DNA of 61,935 nt from Thermoplasmata archaeon (GTDB taxonomy: Archaea; Thermoplasmatota; Thermoplasmata; Sysuiplasmatales; Sysuiplasmataceae), in assembly GCA_021817225.1 (NCBI GenBank), contig JAKAVR010000004.1, positions 1 through 61,935 on the forward strand, read 5' to 3'. This document shows, one piece after another, positions 49,751 through 60,408 of this stretch. A program made the position numbers and the translations under genes. Below the pieces are notes generated by a model. The model saw nothing but the letters and a program-made list of their open reading frames with translations, did not search any database and had not been told where the DNA came from. How positions within the stretch are numbered: the first letter of the stretch is position 1; every line of letters starts with the position of its first letter.

Positions 49751-50716
49751 ATGTCAAGTTCAAAAACAATCCAGGTCAAAGAAAAGAAGCTCGAAGAGAT
49801 AAGCGGCATAGGGCCAGCAACTGCCGAAAAGCTGAAGGAAGCGGGCTACAGCGACCTAATGAGCATTGCGATTGAATCACCAAGGAACCTGGCAGAGATC
49901 TGCGAAATTGGAGAGTCGACGGCTGCCAAGATAATCGCCTCCGCCAAGGAAGCGGTGGACATAGGAGGCTTCGAGACGGGTGACGAAATACTGGAACGCA
50001 GAAGGCTGATTGGAAGGCTCACGACGGGTTCCAAGGCGCTGGACGAACTCATAGGCGGCGGCCTGGAAACACAGGCGATCACGGAGGTTTACGGTGAGTT
50101 CGGCAGCGGCAAGACACAGCTATGCCATCAGGCAGCTGTCACTGCAACCATGCCGGAGGACAGGGGAGGGCTCAACGGCGAAATTGTGATGATAGACACC
50201 GAAAACACCTTCCGGCCGGAAAGGATTGCGCAGATGTCATCCGCAATGGGTCTCGACCCTGTCGAGACGCTCAAGAAGATACATGTTGCAAGGGCATACA
50301 ATTCTGCGCACCAGATGCTCCTGGTGGAGAAGGCTGCAGAGCTTGCAAAGGAAAAGCCTGTGCGCCTGCTTCTTGTCGACTCGCTCACCGCGCACTTCAG
50401 GGCGGAGTATGTTGGCAGGGGCACACTCGCGGAAAGGCAGCAGGCCCTGAACACACACATGCACGCATTGCTGAGATTCGGCGATCTGCACAATGCAGTC
50501 ATACTGTGCACCAATCAGGTGGCAGCAAAGCCGGATGCATTCTTCGGCGATCCGACGAGACCTATCGGCGGTCACATTGTGGGGCACACGGCAACATACA
50601 GAATATACCTGAGGAAGAGCAAAGCAGGAAAGAGGATCGCAAGGCTTGTGGACTCTCCCAGCCTTCCTGAGGCGGAATGTGTGGTAACTGTTAACGAGGA
50701 TGGCATCCGGGACTGA
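49751..50716 (+). CDS. radA: Recombinase RadA
   Basis: Hh[42 protein letters not shown]. Confidence 0.96.
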   Translation: MSSSKTIQVKEKKLEEISGIGPATAEKLKEAGYSDLMSIAIESPRNLAEICEIGESTAAKIIASAKEAVDIGGFETGDEILERRRLIGRLTTGSKALDELIGGGLETQAITEVYGEFGSGKTQLCHQAAVTATMPEDRGGLNGEIVMIDTENTFRPERIAQMSSAMGLDPVETLKKIHVARAYNSAHQMLLVEKAAELAKEKPVRLLLVDSLTAHFRAEYVGRGTLAERQQALNTHMHALLRFGDLHNAVILCTNQVAAKPDAFFGDPTRPIGGHIVGHTATYRIYLRKSKAGKRIARLVDSPSLPEAECVVTVNEDGIRD

Positions 50717-50738
50717 TTCAAAGGCACAATCGACGAAT

Positions 50739-51770
50739 ATGCGTGGTTCTGCAAGATACCTGTTTGAGCTTTCGCTGGAACACAGCGACTTCCCGTATAA
50801 TGAGCTGGCGGCGGTCAGTGAAAGGCTCGGTGACAAGTGCACCAGGACAAGCAAGCGGATATGCATCGTGGAGTCTCCCAGAACCGGCGTGGAAATGAAG
50901 GCGTATGGTGAAACGCTCGCCTTCTGCCTTAGGATTTCGTCCCTCCATGGAGAATACTCCGACTGGGAGGATTTGAAGCGGGGCGTCGAAGATGTTGCCT
51001 CGGCCGCACGAGGCAGCACAGCCTGCGTCCGCGTGGCTTCCGGCGACGAAGAGATCAGAAGAAAGAAGCCTGAACTTGAGAGGGAGCTTGGCGGCCTGGT
51101 GTCGCGCTACTGCACAATAAGGCTCGACAAGCCTGAAACAGAGGTGAGGATCGTTGCAGAAGCAGGCGTATTCTTCCTCGCCACCAAGATAATGGATGTG
51201 GACAGGAGAGCAATAGACTCCCGCCACGTCAAACACAGGGCCTTCTTCTCACCGGTCTCCCTCTCGCCGCGTTATGCGAGGGGACTGCTCAACCTGTGCG
51301 GGGTCGCCAGGGGAAAGCGTGTTCTTGACCCCTTCTGCGGCACGGGCGGAATTGTGATAGAGGCGGTCCTGCTTGGCGCGGATACAGCAGGCAGCGATAT
51401 AGATCCGCTTATGGTTGAAGGCACAATGAAGAACCTCGAACAGCTCGGGCTGGCATCGGGTTGTGAACTCCGTTGCATGGATGTGGGCCGTATTGGAGAG
51501 TTCGGGACATTTGACGCTGTTGTTACAGACCCTCCATACGGCAGGTCATCTTTCTACAACAGGGAGGATATCGGCAAACTCTACATGCGGTACCTGAATG
51601 CTGCAGAAAGGTGCCTTAGAGAAGGCGGCACAATAGGCATTGTGGTGCCTGACATTAAACTGCTTCCCGAGATCGAAGGTCTTGAGATGAGGGTGCACAT
51701 AGCACAGAGAGTGCACAAGTCGCTTGTCAGAAACTACGTCGTCCTGGGCAGGAAGGCCCGCCGGGCCTAA
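50739..51770 (+). CDS. tRNA m2G10 methyltransferase (Trm11/TrmG10-like)
   Basis: THUMP-like N-terminus, RAFFSPVSLSP, LDPFCGTGG, VTDPPYG. Confidence 0.82.
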   Translation: MRGSARYLFELSLEHSDFPYNELAAVSERLGDKCTRTSKRICIVESPRTGVEMKAYGETLAFCLRISSLHGEYSDWEDLKRGVEDVASAARGSTACVRVASGDEEIRRKKPELERELGGLVSRYCTIRLDKPETEVRIVAEAGVFFLATKIMDVDRRAIDSRHVKHRAFFSPVSLSPRYARGLLNLCGVARGKRVLDPFCGTGGIVIEAVLLGADTAGSDIDPLMVEGTMKNLEQLGLASGCELRCMDVGRIGEFGTFDAVVTDPPYGRSSFYNREDIGKLYMRYLNAAERCLREGGTIGIVVPDIKLLPEIEGLEMRVHIAQRVHKSLVRNYVVLGRKARRA

Positions 51771-53221
51771 GAGTAGCCGACTGTAATGGGAACGGAACTC
51801 ACGTACCCGTTGCTTGAACCCTGTATGTGGAGTATGTATGTCCCGGACACAATGGTTGAGGTGGCGGCAATACGGACCGATGCGGATGCCGTTGCGCCAG
51901 GATCTATATTCAGAACAACGTAAGTGCCATACTGTCCACTTCCTGGCGGATATGCAAATGTGGCGACGACGTTCGCGTTCTGCAGCTGAGTGATATTGAC
52001 CGCTTCCTGGACATTTCCCGTGTTCACGACTGTTATGTTGAAATACTGGACACTGGAGGCCGAGTTCATGGAAATCAGCTGTGTGCTGGAGGAGATTGTG
52101 AATGATGTGCTGGACGATACTGTCACGATCGGAAAGGGTGTGAAAGTGACAAGGAACATCGCCAGCGCAACAGCACCGAGCATTTTCCTGCTTACCTTCA
52201 GCTTTGAAATATCGTTGAGCGGCGGGGGATGCCTGACGCCGACAAGCAGGACGAAGAGCGCTATGAGTATCCAGCTCTCGAACTCGAATGAGAGTAAGAC
52301 CATTCCCAGGATTGCAGCCCAGCCGAGATACTTCGACTGTTCTCCAAGCAGAGCCCTGGCGACATGCCCGCCGTCAAGCTGTCCCGCGGGGAGCAGATTC
52401 AAAGCGGTCGCAAAGAAGCCGACCCAAGCCGCGAACGCAGTGGGGAATATGTTCAGATTCGAGGAGAAGGGAAAAAGTGAGAGCATCAGGCTGTAGAGGT
52501 AGGGGACGGTGAAAACCTGCGCCCCTGGCGTAAGTGGTGGTGAAACAACGGGGTTCATCTGGGTCAGGTAGAAACCAACGAAAGCAACAGGTATTGCCAC
52601 GAGAAAACCTGCGATCGGCCCCGCGATGCCTATCTCGAGCAGTGCTTTCCTGTTAGGGAACGGATCGCGTATTGAAATGAATGCACCCAGAGTGCCAAGC
52701 GGTGGAATGGATGGAATGAAGTAGGGAAGCGATGCGTTGACCCTGAACCTCCGTGCTACAAGAAAATGGCCCATCTCGTGCGTTCCAAGTATGAGCATTA
52801 CAGGAGTCACGAAATATACCAATCCGTTCAGGAAGTTGCTGAGTGTCCATATGTTGTTGCTGTTGTAGTAGCCTGCCCAGAGGAAGGCGCCTGCAATGGT
52901 CGTCGAAATAAGCGTTGCCGCAAGGAGTATGATGTTTGGTATGTTTCCCTTCCTGCCGACCGGCTTTCGTTTCCCCACGGTGATTGTGTACTCTCCGCCC
53001 CTTTTCTGGAGGAATGGTATGTAGTTTATCGGGACAAGAGCCTTCCTTATAGAATCAAAATTGTTCTCCAGGGTTGCTGGATTGCAGTCCACGAAGAAGA
53101 CAACAGCGTCATAGGTGACCCTTATGTCATATACTTCAAACTGGGAAGAGACAAGGGACTTCAGTCTCTCCACTTCAGCGCCGAGCGAAGAGGGCCCGGA
53201 CGTGCCATCTCGGTAAGCCAC
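51767..53221 (-). CDS. Site-2 protease (M50) with C-terminal beta-rich domain
   Basis: HEMGH, IAGPIAG, NLLPAGQLDGG; start (GTG) uncertain. Confidence 0.88.
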   Translation of the reverse strand: MAYRDGTSGPSSLGAEVERLKSLVSSQFEVYDIRVTYDAVVFFVDCNPATLENNFDSIRKALVPINYIPFLQKRGGEYTITVGKRKPVGRKGNIPNIILLAATLISTTIAGAFLWAGYYNSNNIWTLSNFLNGLVYFVTPVMLILGTHEMGHFLVARRFRVNASLPYFIPSIPPLGTLGAFISIRDPFPNRKALLEIGIAGPIAGFLVAIPVAFVGFYLTQMNPVVSPPLTPGAQVFTVPYLYSLMLSLFPFSSNLNIFPTAFAAWVGFFATALNLLPAGQLDGGHVARALLGEQSKYLGWAAILGMVLLSFEFESWILIALFVLLVGVRHPPPLNDISKLKVSRKMLGAVALAMFLVTFTPFPIVTVSSSTSFTISSSTQLISMNSASSVQYFNITVVNTGNVQEAVNITQLQNANVVATFAYPPGSGQYGTYVVLNIDPGATASASVRIAATSTIVSGTYILHIQGSSNGYVSSVPITVGYS

Positions 53222-53345
53222 GCTGCAACAACGCAGCCACATGTAAATAAGTATTATGTCATCCATGAGCCCGGAGCCCACTGCTGGTGCGCCGCACAGC
53301 ACAATTAACTAATTAAACAGGGTTGCGGAATTCAGGCCGTTACAA

Positions 53346-54200
53346 ATGGAGCATGGGACGGGTGGAAGTGCGGCAGGTCCGGCAAGTTATCTTGGACTCA
53401 TACGCTACAGGAACTGCATCATGTCGGCTGTCGCGGTGTTTCTGGGCGCGTTTGTTGTGACCGGCAGGTCGATCACGGGCCACCTCATAGCCGTCACGGC
53501 AGGAATGGCCGTTGTCTTCCTGTTCACAGGAGCGGGAAACTCTCTGAACGACTACATAGACGCGGACATAGACAGGGTGGCCCATCCGGAGAGGCCGATT
53601 CCCTCGGGAGCAATAAGAAGGGGGAACGCCAGGCAGCTGTCATTCACTTTTTTCGCGATCTCAATTCTGCTCTCGGCGTTCATTAATGTCTACGCGCTCG
53701 CCGTGGCGCTCGTGTCCCTGGCGATAATGGTATCGTACGAATACAGGCTTAAGAACTCTGGACTGTCCGGGAATGCAGCCATTGCCTGGCTGACTGCATC
53801 GCTGTTCCTGTTCGGGGCGGTCGCGGTTGGCTCAATCTTGCCCGTCTGGGCCTTTTTCGCAACCTCATTCATGGCAACACTGGGCAGGGAAGTGATCAAG
53901 GACATTGAAGACATGGACGCAGACAAGGGCATCAGGAAGACCCTCCCCATGGTCTTGGGAACAAGGAAGTCCATGGCACTGTCAACCGTGTCGCTTGCGG
54001 GGGCAGTTGCGGTAAGCCCCTTCCCGTTCGTATTCCACCAGTTTGGATACATGTTTCTTGCGGTTGTGATTGTTGCTGATGCCATATTTGCATATACGGC
54101 ATACGTGCAGTGGAAGAGCGCCCCGAGGGCGCAGCGTATCGCCAAGGCGGCGATGTACGTTGCAATGCTCGCCTTCCTTGTGGGCGCACTGGAGGTTTGA
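53346..54200 (+). CDS. Digeranylgeranylglyceryl phosphate synthase (UbiA family)
   Basis: NDYIDADIDRVAHPERPIPSG, REVIKDIEDMDAD; adjacent to GGGPS. Confidence 0.88.
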   Translation: MEHGTGGSAAGPASYLGLIRYRNCIMSAVAVFLGAFVVTGRSITGHLIAVTAGMAVVFLFTGAGNSLNDYIDADIDRVAHPERPIPSGAIRRGNARQLSFTFFAISILLSAFINVYALAVALVSLAIMVSYEYRLKNSGLSGNAAIAWLTASLFLFGAVAVGSILPVWAFFATSFMATLGREVIKDIEDMDADKGIRKTLPMVLGTRKSMALSTVSLAGAVAVSPFPFVFHQFGYMFLAVVIVADAIFAYTAYVQWKSAPRAQRIAKAAMYVAMLAFLVGALEV

Positions 54201-54202
54201 AA

Positions 54203-54955
54203 ATGGGAAAGGTCATGGAATACATAACCAGGAGCCTGGACAGCGGACCCATGCACATGACTCTGATAGACCCCGACAAGCAGGATCCGGAAGAGGCAGG
54301 GAGGATAACGGCGGAGGCGGAACGGTTCGGGACAGGTGCGATAATGGTCGGCGGGTCCACAGGCGTGGGGCTGGAGATAACGGACAGGACCGTCGCTGAA
54401 GTGAAGTCGAAGGTGAAGGTACCGGTGATTGCCTTCCCGTCCAGCGCGGGTGGGCTCAGCCCCCGTTTCGACGCTGTCTATTTCCTGTCCATGATGAATT
54501 CGATGAACCCGCGGCACATCACGGGAGAGCAGGCTTATGCATCATCCATCGTCAGGGACTTCGGAATTGAGCCAATAGGCATGGGATACATCATTGTGGA
54601 GCCTGGCATGAAGGTGGCTGAAGTGGGGGAAGCTGATGTTGTTGGAAGGAAGGACATTAGGAGGGCAGTGGGCTACGCCCTTGCAGCCCAGTATTTCGGC
54701 ATGAAGCTTGTCTATCTCGAGGCGGGAAGCGGAGCGCATCTTCCAGTGCCGCCGGATATGATCGGCGAGGTGAAGAAACAGCTGTCTATACCGCTGATCG
54801 TCGGAGGCGGGATAAGAGACGGTGCGACGGCGGGCACAGCGGTGAGGTCCGGGGCAGATATTGTGGTTACCGGGACCGTTGTTGAAAAGAACGGAGGGCT
54901 GTCAAAGCTAAGCGAGATAGTACGCGCGGTGAAAAAGGGGCAGGCCGGGCATTAA
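54203..54955 (+). CDS. Geranylgeranylglyceryl phosphate synthase
   Basis: LIDPDK, IMVGGST, VYLEAGSGA, VGGGIR, VTGT; GGAGGT RBS. Confidence 0.92.
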   Translation: MGKVMEYITRSLDSGPMHMTLIDPDKQDPEEAGRITAEAERFGTGAIMVGGSTGVGLEITDRTVAEVKSKVKVPVIAFPSSAGGLSPRFDAVYFLSMMNSMNPRHITGEQAYASSIVRDFGIEPIGMGYIIVEPGMKVAEVGEADVVGRKDIRRAVGYALAAQYFGMKLVYLEAGSGAHLPVPPDMIGEVKKQLSIPLIVGGGIRDGATAGTAVRSGADIVVTGTVVEKNGGLSKLSEIVRAVKKGQAGH

Positions 54956-55539
54956 ATCTCGAGAAGCATTCTGTGAATCGAGCTGTCGCCTGAGAGTTCA
55001 GGGTGGAAGACAAGCCCCACGATATTGTCCTGCCTCGCCATGGCGATCCTGTCGCCTATTCTGGATAGCGGTTTGCAGTTGCCCCATGTTTCAATGATTG
55101 CCGGAGCCCGGATGAAAACACCCCTGAATTTGTCAGTCAGGCCGTCAATGCTGAGATCAGCCTCAAACGACTCCCTCTGCCTTCCGAAGTAGTTTCTGTC
55201 CACCCTCATGTCCATCAGGCCGAGCAGGCTCGTCGAGGTACTGTCCACCTGCCTGTCCCCCTTCTTTGCAAGAAGTATGCAGCCTGCGCATGTCCCCATC
55301 AGAGGCATCCCCTCATTCGCCCTTCTGATTATTGCATCGAACATTCCAAACCGTTTCAGCAATTTCGATATCGTAGTGCTTTCGCCGCCGGGAATGACGA
55401 GCGCGTCCACTTCTCTAACCTCTTCAACATTCCTTACCCTGATCGCTTCCCCGTGCATCGACAGGGAAGCCATTGCCGACTCAAGTGCAGCCAGATGTTC
55501 GCTCACATCACCCTGAATTGAAATTACGCCTGCCTTCAT
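54952..55539 (-). CDS. pdxT: PLP synthase glutaminase subunit
   Basis: QGDVSEH, PGGESTT, GTCAG, RNYFGRQRESF, FIRAP, FHPEL. Confidence 0.95.
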   Translation of the reverse strand: MKAGVISIQGDVSEHLAALESAMASLSMHGEAIRVRNVEEVREVDALVIPGGESTTISKLLKRFGMFDAIIRRANEGMPLMGTCAGCILLAKKGDRQVDSTSTSLLGLMDMRVDRNYFGRQRESFEADLSIDGLTDKFRGVFIRAPAIIETWGNCKPLSRIGDRIAMARQDNIVGLVFHPELSGDSSIHRMLLEI

Positions 55540-55633
55540 CGTATTGGGGGAACGAATACAAGCCCGATTTTATCCTTTTTGCTCCTGCAATCCTAATCAA
55601 AAGGAATAAAGCGAAGAGCAGTAATTTTGAGGT

Positions 55634-56104
55634 GTGAGAGCGCATCACCGCAACCTGGACGAAAATTGCGTATTCTGCAGGATAATAGAGGGAAAGGCAC
55701 CCAGCTTCAGTGTTTATGAGAATGATTCGGCAATAGCCTTCCTTGACACTTTTCCAATTGTTCCCGGGCACACACTCATCATGCCAAAGGTGCACATCGC
55801 AGACATGACCGATGTGCCCGGGGAACTGTTGGCATCCGTATTTGACGTGGCGAAACTGATTTCCAGGTCGTTCTATTCAATGGGATACACCGCGGTAAAC
55901 TATCTCGTCAACGAACGGGCGGACGCAGGTCAGGTGATCTTCCATGTCCACTGCCACGTCATACCCAGGAAACCCAACGACGGCATAGACCTGAGAATGA
56001 GAAGGGCCCGTCTTCCAGGAGAAGAAATGGAAAGGACAGCATCGAACATAAGGACAGAAATACTCCGGACCGCCTCGCAGGGAATGCCTGAGCCTGATCC
56101 CTGA
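55634..56104 (+). CDS. HIT family hydrolase
   Basis: CVFCRII, PGHTL, AGQVIFHVHCHVIPR. Confidence 0.92.
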   Translation: MRAHHRNLDENCVFCRIIEGKAPSFSVYENDSAIAFLDTFPIVPGHTLIMPKVHIADMTDVPGELLASVFDVAKLISRSFYSMGYTAVNYLVNERADAGQVIFHVHCHVIPRKPNDGIDLRMRRARLPGEEMERTASNIRTEILRTASQGMPEPDP

Positions 56105-56152
56105 GGAGAAACTGGGCACGCGCGGCAAACGGCAAGAGAAAACGAAGGCATG

Positions 56153-56261
56153 TCCCGACTCCCGGATTTGAACCGGGGACCTGCTGATCTCAGCGGCAAC
56201 AATCGGATTAGCCGATAACACAACTACAGTCAGCCGCTCTACCAGTCTGAGCTAAGTCGGG
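56153..56261 (-). tRNA. tRNA-Tyr(GTA) with 35-nt intron at 37/38 (intron 56189-56223)
   Basis: Minus strand CCCGACT TAGCTCAGACTGGTAGAGC G GCTGA CTGTAG[intron]A TCAGC AGGTC CCCGG TTCAAAT CCGGG AGTCGGG A; C1:G72 and A73 fit archaeal Tyr identity; CCA not encoded. Confidence 0.95.
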
Positions 56262-56678
56262 TCAATCTCAAATTGCAATCAGTATATAGTATTTATTCCG
56301 TCCGCAAATCATGGCGCCTGAAGACGATTCTGGTGCGGTTTCGAGCAGCCGGAAAACATCTGGTTTGAACAGGAACAGCTCTCAGATTCGGAATGAATGT
56401 GACTTGTGCCAAATCTTGAAAAACAGGCTTTCATTTCGACGAGGCAGAGGATTAGTGCGCAGGTATCGAAGGCAGGTATGTCCTGAATGACAGGCCTTGA
56501 AGGGAGTGCGTGAATCAAACCTCAGCAATCAGCTTGGTGTGGAATAATTCAAACAGTCCAGATTGATTGAAAGAAGCAGGCAGATTGGAGAGGTTGAGCA
56601 AAAATTTCGTACCGCAATTCCATGCTTGACCCTTCGATCACCGGAACAGCGCCCGGGTAGCTTGAAGGCAATGTGGCC

Positions 56679-57671
56679 TCAGTTTGCCTCTTCGACACGC
56701 TTCAGCACTCGCATCGCCTTTAGCGTGATCCATTTACTTGGCATTCCAGGACGTTCGAGCGTCAGCGGTCTCGTGTTTCGCCGAGTGTCGTGCGGTACCT
56801 CGTCAGGATGGGAACGATCGAGAAGCCATGTCCCGTCCTTTCTTCGTTTGCTGGAAAGTATCTGAAGGGCCGGCTGAAGTCGTCGATCACCGGCGTAACC
56901 CAGCCCTGTCAGGACATCAAGTCCCACGAGAATGTCATAAAAGTAATGCGTAGGATAGTGGAACCTGAACCAGGGAGAGTACCTCGCACCCTCCTTGAAC
57001 AGATTCCGTTCGAGATAGAACTCAGCACCTCTCTCAATTGCACGCTTGATCGCGGCAGTTCTGCCTGCCTTCGGAATCGTGGATAAAGCAGAGAGCGCCT
57101 CCCAGCAGTCCAGAGTCCCAGGCTTCCCCTGTGAACAGTTCCAGCCACCATCTTCCCGCTGGTCCTCAATCATCCAGTCGTATAGTTTCCTTATCCTCCT
57201 GTCGTCGCCATAACCGAACCGAGACATCATGGCCGCCGTGTTTCCTACGATGCATACTTCCTCGGTGAAAATGTTAAGTGGCGAGCCGAGTGAAAGCATG
57301 TACCTGAAGACCTGTTCAGACAACCTCTGTACACCTGGTTCAGATTTCGTGAAGCCCATATCGGAAAGGATCATTCCCCGCCAGATCGAAGACCTGAAAA
57401 GGGGAAATCGGAGGAAGTTGAACCATTCCCGGGGGGATCTGGGTTCGTGAGCCTCCCAGTAACCCTCGGGCTTCTGCGTTTTCATAATGTCATGCCCCCA
57501 GCCTGAATACGGGATCAGTGAATTGGCCCTCTTTGCCTCCCCGTCATTTTCACTCATGTCGAGGAGATCAATCATGGTGTAGTATCTGACCGAAGGCTGG
57601 TTCTCCTCCAGCAACCAATTGGTCACATTGGCTCCCGGACCGTCATCGTTTGAATGGTTTCTCTTCAGCAT
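56679..57671 (-). CDS. Prenyltransferase/squalene-cyclase-like repeat protein of unknown function
   Basis: QW-like repeats QKPEGYW, QREDGGW, RRKDGTW; no DxDD motif seen. Confidence 0.7.
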   Translation of the reverse strand: MLKRNHSNDDGPGANVTNWLLEENQPSVRYYTMIDLLDMSENDGEAKRANSLIPYSGWGHDIMKTQKPEGYWEAHEPRSPREWFNFLRFPLFRSSIWRGMILSDMGFTKSEPGVQRLSEQVFRYMLSLGSPLNIFTEEVCIVGNTAAMMSRFGYGDDRRIRKLYDWMIEDQREDGGWNCSQGKPGTLDCWEALSALSTIPKAGRTAAIKRAIERGAEFYLERNLFKEGARYSPWFRFHYPTHYFYDILVGLDVLTGLGYAGDRRLQPALQILSSKRRKDGTWLLDRSHPDEVPHDTRRNTRPLTLERPGMPSKWITLKAMRVLKRVEEAN

Positions 57672-57931
57672 GGGAAGCAAGTTCAGAAGTGTGCACGTCT
57701 CGAACCTTATAAATCATGATTGGTTTGCAAGTGTACGCCATTCTTCAGCAGGAAGCTGTGTTGATGCCTTGATTGGTTCTGATATGGCACCCAAGATCAC
57801 ACAATCGGGCTTAAAACCGAGTCTACTGGAATAAAATCACAAAACCTAAAAATTTCACAACGCCACCAGCGTAGGCTTTGTGAAAGAACGAGCGAAAAGA
57901 TATGACTTTTTTCACAGGACGAACAATAAAT

Positions 57932-59233
57932 TCACAGTTCTGATCCGCTGTTATCTTCCCCGATACATCGAACCAAGTATGGTGAATGTGCTCCGCTCGT
58001 CACAGTGTCGGTATCGGGAGGGTAAGGGAAGCTGATTCCGCGTTTGAAGATTTCGTGTATCACTACGGATATGTTGTATGCGATGATTTTGCAGTAAGCC
58101 TCATTGACTTGTGCTGTAGGGTTCTTTGACTTTATTGTCTCTCCGAATTTCGTCTTGATGGCAGCAAAGACCGACTCGACGTTGGAACGGACATGATACC
58201 GCCTGTCAAATTCATCACGGTTCAGAGTGAAGAGATAGTACATCTTCTTCCAGCCTGGAGATCCTTTGGCCATCGGAATAGAATCAGATTTGAAGGGGAT
58301 GATGACATCAACCCCCAGATTCGAACCTACGTTGAAGTTCAACCTGCTCAGGTATCCCTTATCTGCCACGGCCGTTCCTATGTCAAATCCTGCATGCAAT
58401 GCATCCGTCAGGAGTTCCGGAAACAGATTTACGTCAGCAATGTTGTTTTGAGTGACAGACGCTCTGAATACTCCGTGAGTTTCGCAACCCACAAGAATGG
58501 ATGACTTGAGCCAGATGTTCTTTCTTGTTGGTCCGTGTTTCTCCTGGCAATAGAAACCGTACGCAGTCGTCCTGAAACCCGAAGAGTCGATTGCAACGGT
58601 AGCTCTATCTTCGAGAGCTGCCAATGGCAGGGAAGAGAAGGATACAAGGTCTTTCAGAATTGGAGTCACATCTTTCCTAACGAGCAATCTTGAAGATATG
58701 GAGTAGTTAGGGACGAAATTGATCATTTCGTTCTCTGTCGCTCTTTCAAGGAAACCATAGGATCTCCTACAGGAATACATCGAAGCGACTTTTCTTATGG
58801 TGCAGAACAAATCTGTCGAAAACTCTGTCCGTGGTCTGCCTGTAGCCCGCGTTTGCCGAGGGTCGGCAATATTGGCCACCAAATCGCGCAATAAGGGATC
58901 AAACAGCTTGAGTTCCGCTTTTTGAGCAAGATCGTAAGTTTCCCAATCCTGTGTGCAAGAAACACTTTGAATTGTGTCTTCGGCCACTTGCACTTCATCG
59001 ATGAGATGCTCTTGTCTGACCAATACTGCAGCTATGTGCTTACAGATTTCCTCCTCTTCGCGAAAGAATCTGCATTCACATGTCCAGCGATCGATCATAT
59101 CATTAACTCTGTATCTGCCCGCACCAGTTTCAGAAGCTACAGAGAACTCACCTTTTCCCAAGTATTCGATTGCATTCGGGAATTTCCTTAGTAGCCTTTC
59201 TCCCTTTTCCTTGAGCGACTTAGTTAACTTCAT
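57932..59233 (-). mobile_element. DDE transposase (IS4/IS5-like) with N-terminal SWIM zinc finger
   Basis: TCECRF..ICKHI (SWIM); AIDSSG, VADKGY, YHVRSNVESVFAAIK (YREK). Confidence 0.88.
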
Positions 59234-59376
59234 CTTGAATTGCCTTTTTATTGGCTTATTATTTGCCTTATATGTTAGTCATATTATTTAAAGTTTTGTC
59301 TTATCTATGAGCCAATATCTTAGCCAAATATACTTAAACCGGAACTCACATAATGCATTGAGGATCTGAGGATCAA

Positions 59377-59571
59377 GTGTCAAGAATATTCAAGTCGAAA
59401 GTAACGCGTGTAATGCCAACCTCCAGTTCACTACGAGCAACAATTCCTGAGGGCGTTGCTGCCCTGATTGGTGCTGAACATGGTTCCACTCTGTTATGGG
59501 AGACTGAACCTGGATCAACCAAAGTTGTGGTATCGGTTGAGGGGGAAAAGGGCTCACAAAGAGCGCGTTAA
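59377..59571 (+). CDS. Small AbrB/MazE-like DNA-binding protein
   Basis: SKVT..SLRATIPEGVAALIG..GSTLLW; divergent from the transposase across an AT-rich spacer. Confidence 0.65.
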   Translation: MSRIFKSKVTRVMPTSSSLRATIPEGVAALIGAEHGSTLLWETEPGSTKVVVSVEGEKGSQRAR

Positions 59572-59593
59572 ATCCCGCTTTAACTTGAGTTTC

Positions 59594-59962
59594 TCATGTT
59601 TCCCACTTCTTGGCGCTGATGTCCTTTGCATACATTGCGGCGATGAAGTCCTCAATGCCAGTGTATCTCTGATATGGCTGGAATATCTGTGTCCTGAAGG
59701 TGCCTTCCCTGTCCCTAGGCACCTTCAAGTTGTCGATGTGGCCATACCTTGTTGTCAGATCCCTCTCGTAATGGCCGTTCCTGGTGCCATTCGAGTGTTC
59801 CAGGAACACATCTCGTTCGATTCCCATTACGCGTTCAAGCTCTTCTTTCAGAACTTTCTTTACAGCCGAGTCCAACCCTGTTTCGATATCCTTCACGACA
59901 TTACCCTCCTCAGGGAGTCGTGGAGGTATCCTTTGCTTCTACACAAAACTTAATGCACTACC
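59594..59962 (-). mobile_element. IS256-family fragment (left end and N-terminal transposase)
   Basis: RNGHYERDLTTRYG..LKVPRDREG.F; IR-like GGTAGTGCATTAAGTTTTGTGTAG at about 59939-59962 on the minus strand; truncated. Confidence 0.85.
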
Positions 59963-59995
59963 TTAATTAATGGGACGAATGATAATATTATTGGT

Positions 59996-60241
59996 ATGGC
60001 AAGAATGAATAGGCGGTTTAAGGCAGCCCTGCTGGGCGTGCTCATAGTGGTGGTCGCCTGTGTAATACTCTTCGTACCATTTATTCCAGAGGCAATAGGA
60101 GCCCCTGTACAACAGGTTGGTTATCCTCGTTTCATATTTCATTACTATGGATCGATTGGCTACGTGCTGTTTGGCCTCGGGGTAACATACTGGAGAGGCG
60201 AGTTTTATTGGGGCCCTCCACCACCATATTTCTATGCATAA
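59996..60241 (+). CDS. Small membrane protein (possible cargo)
   Basis: 81 aa with two hydrophobic segments; between IS remnants. Confidence 0.45.
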   Translation: MARMNRRFKAALLGVLIVVVACVILFVPFIPEAIGAPVQQVGYPRFIFHYYGSIGYVLFGLGVTYWRGEFYWGPPPPYFYA

Positions 60242-60408
60242 TCACTCAAGTCTTATGTGAACTTCCACCTTACTATGAGAGAGCCCATACCCTACGGGCC
60301 AAAGCCTTTCACGCATACCGTCACGCAGCATCAGGCTTGTATTTTGGAATAGCCGTGTCGTTAGATTTGTCTACTGCACTGTGAATTTGAAACGACAAAC
60401 TTCGGCAT

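Noticed and set aside
14576-54517. Long antisense or overlapping ORFs (e.g. 14576-15247, 17245-17952, 40950-41693, 50237-51019, 53690-54517)
   Set aside because: They shadow well-supported genes and lack motifs; expected at this GC content.
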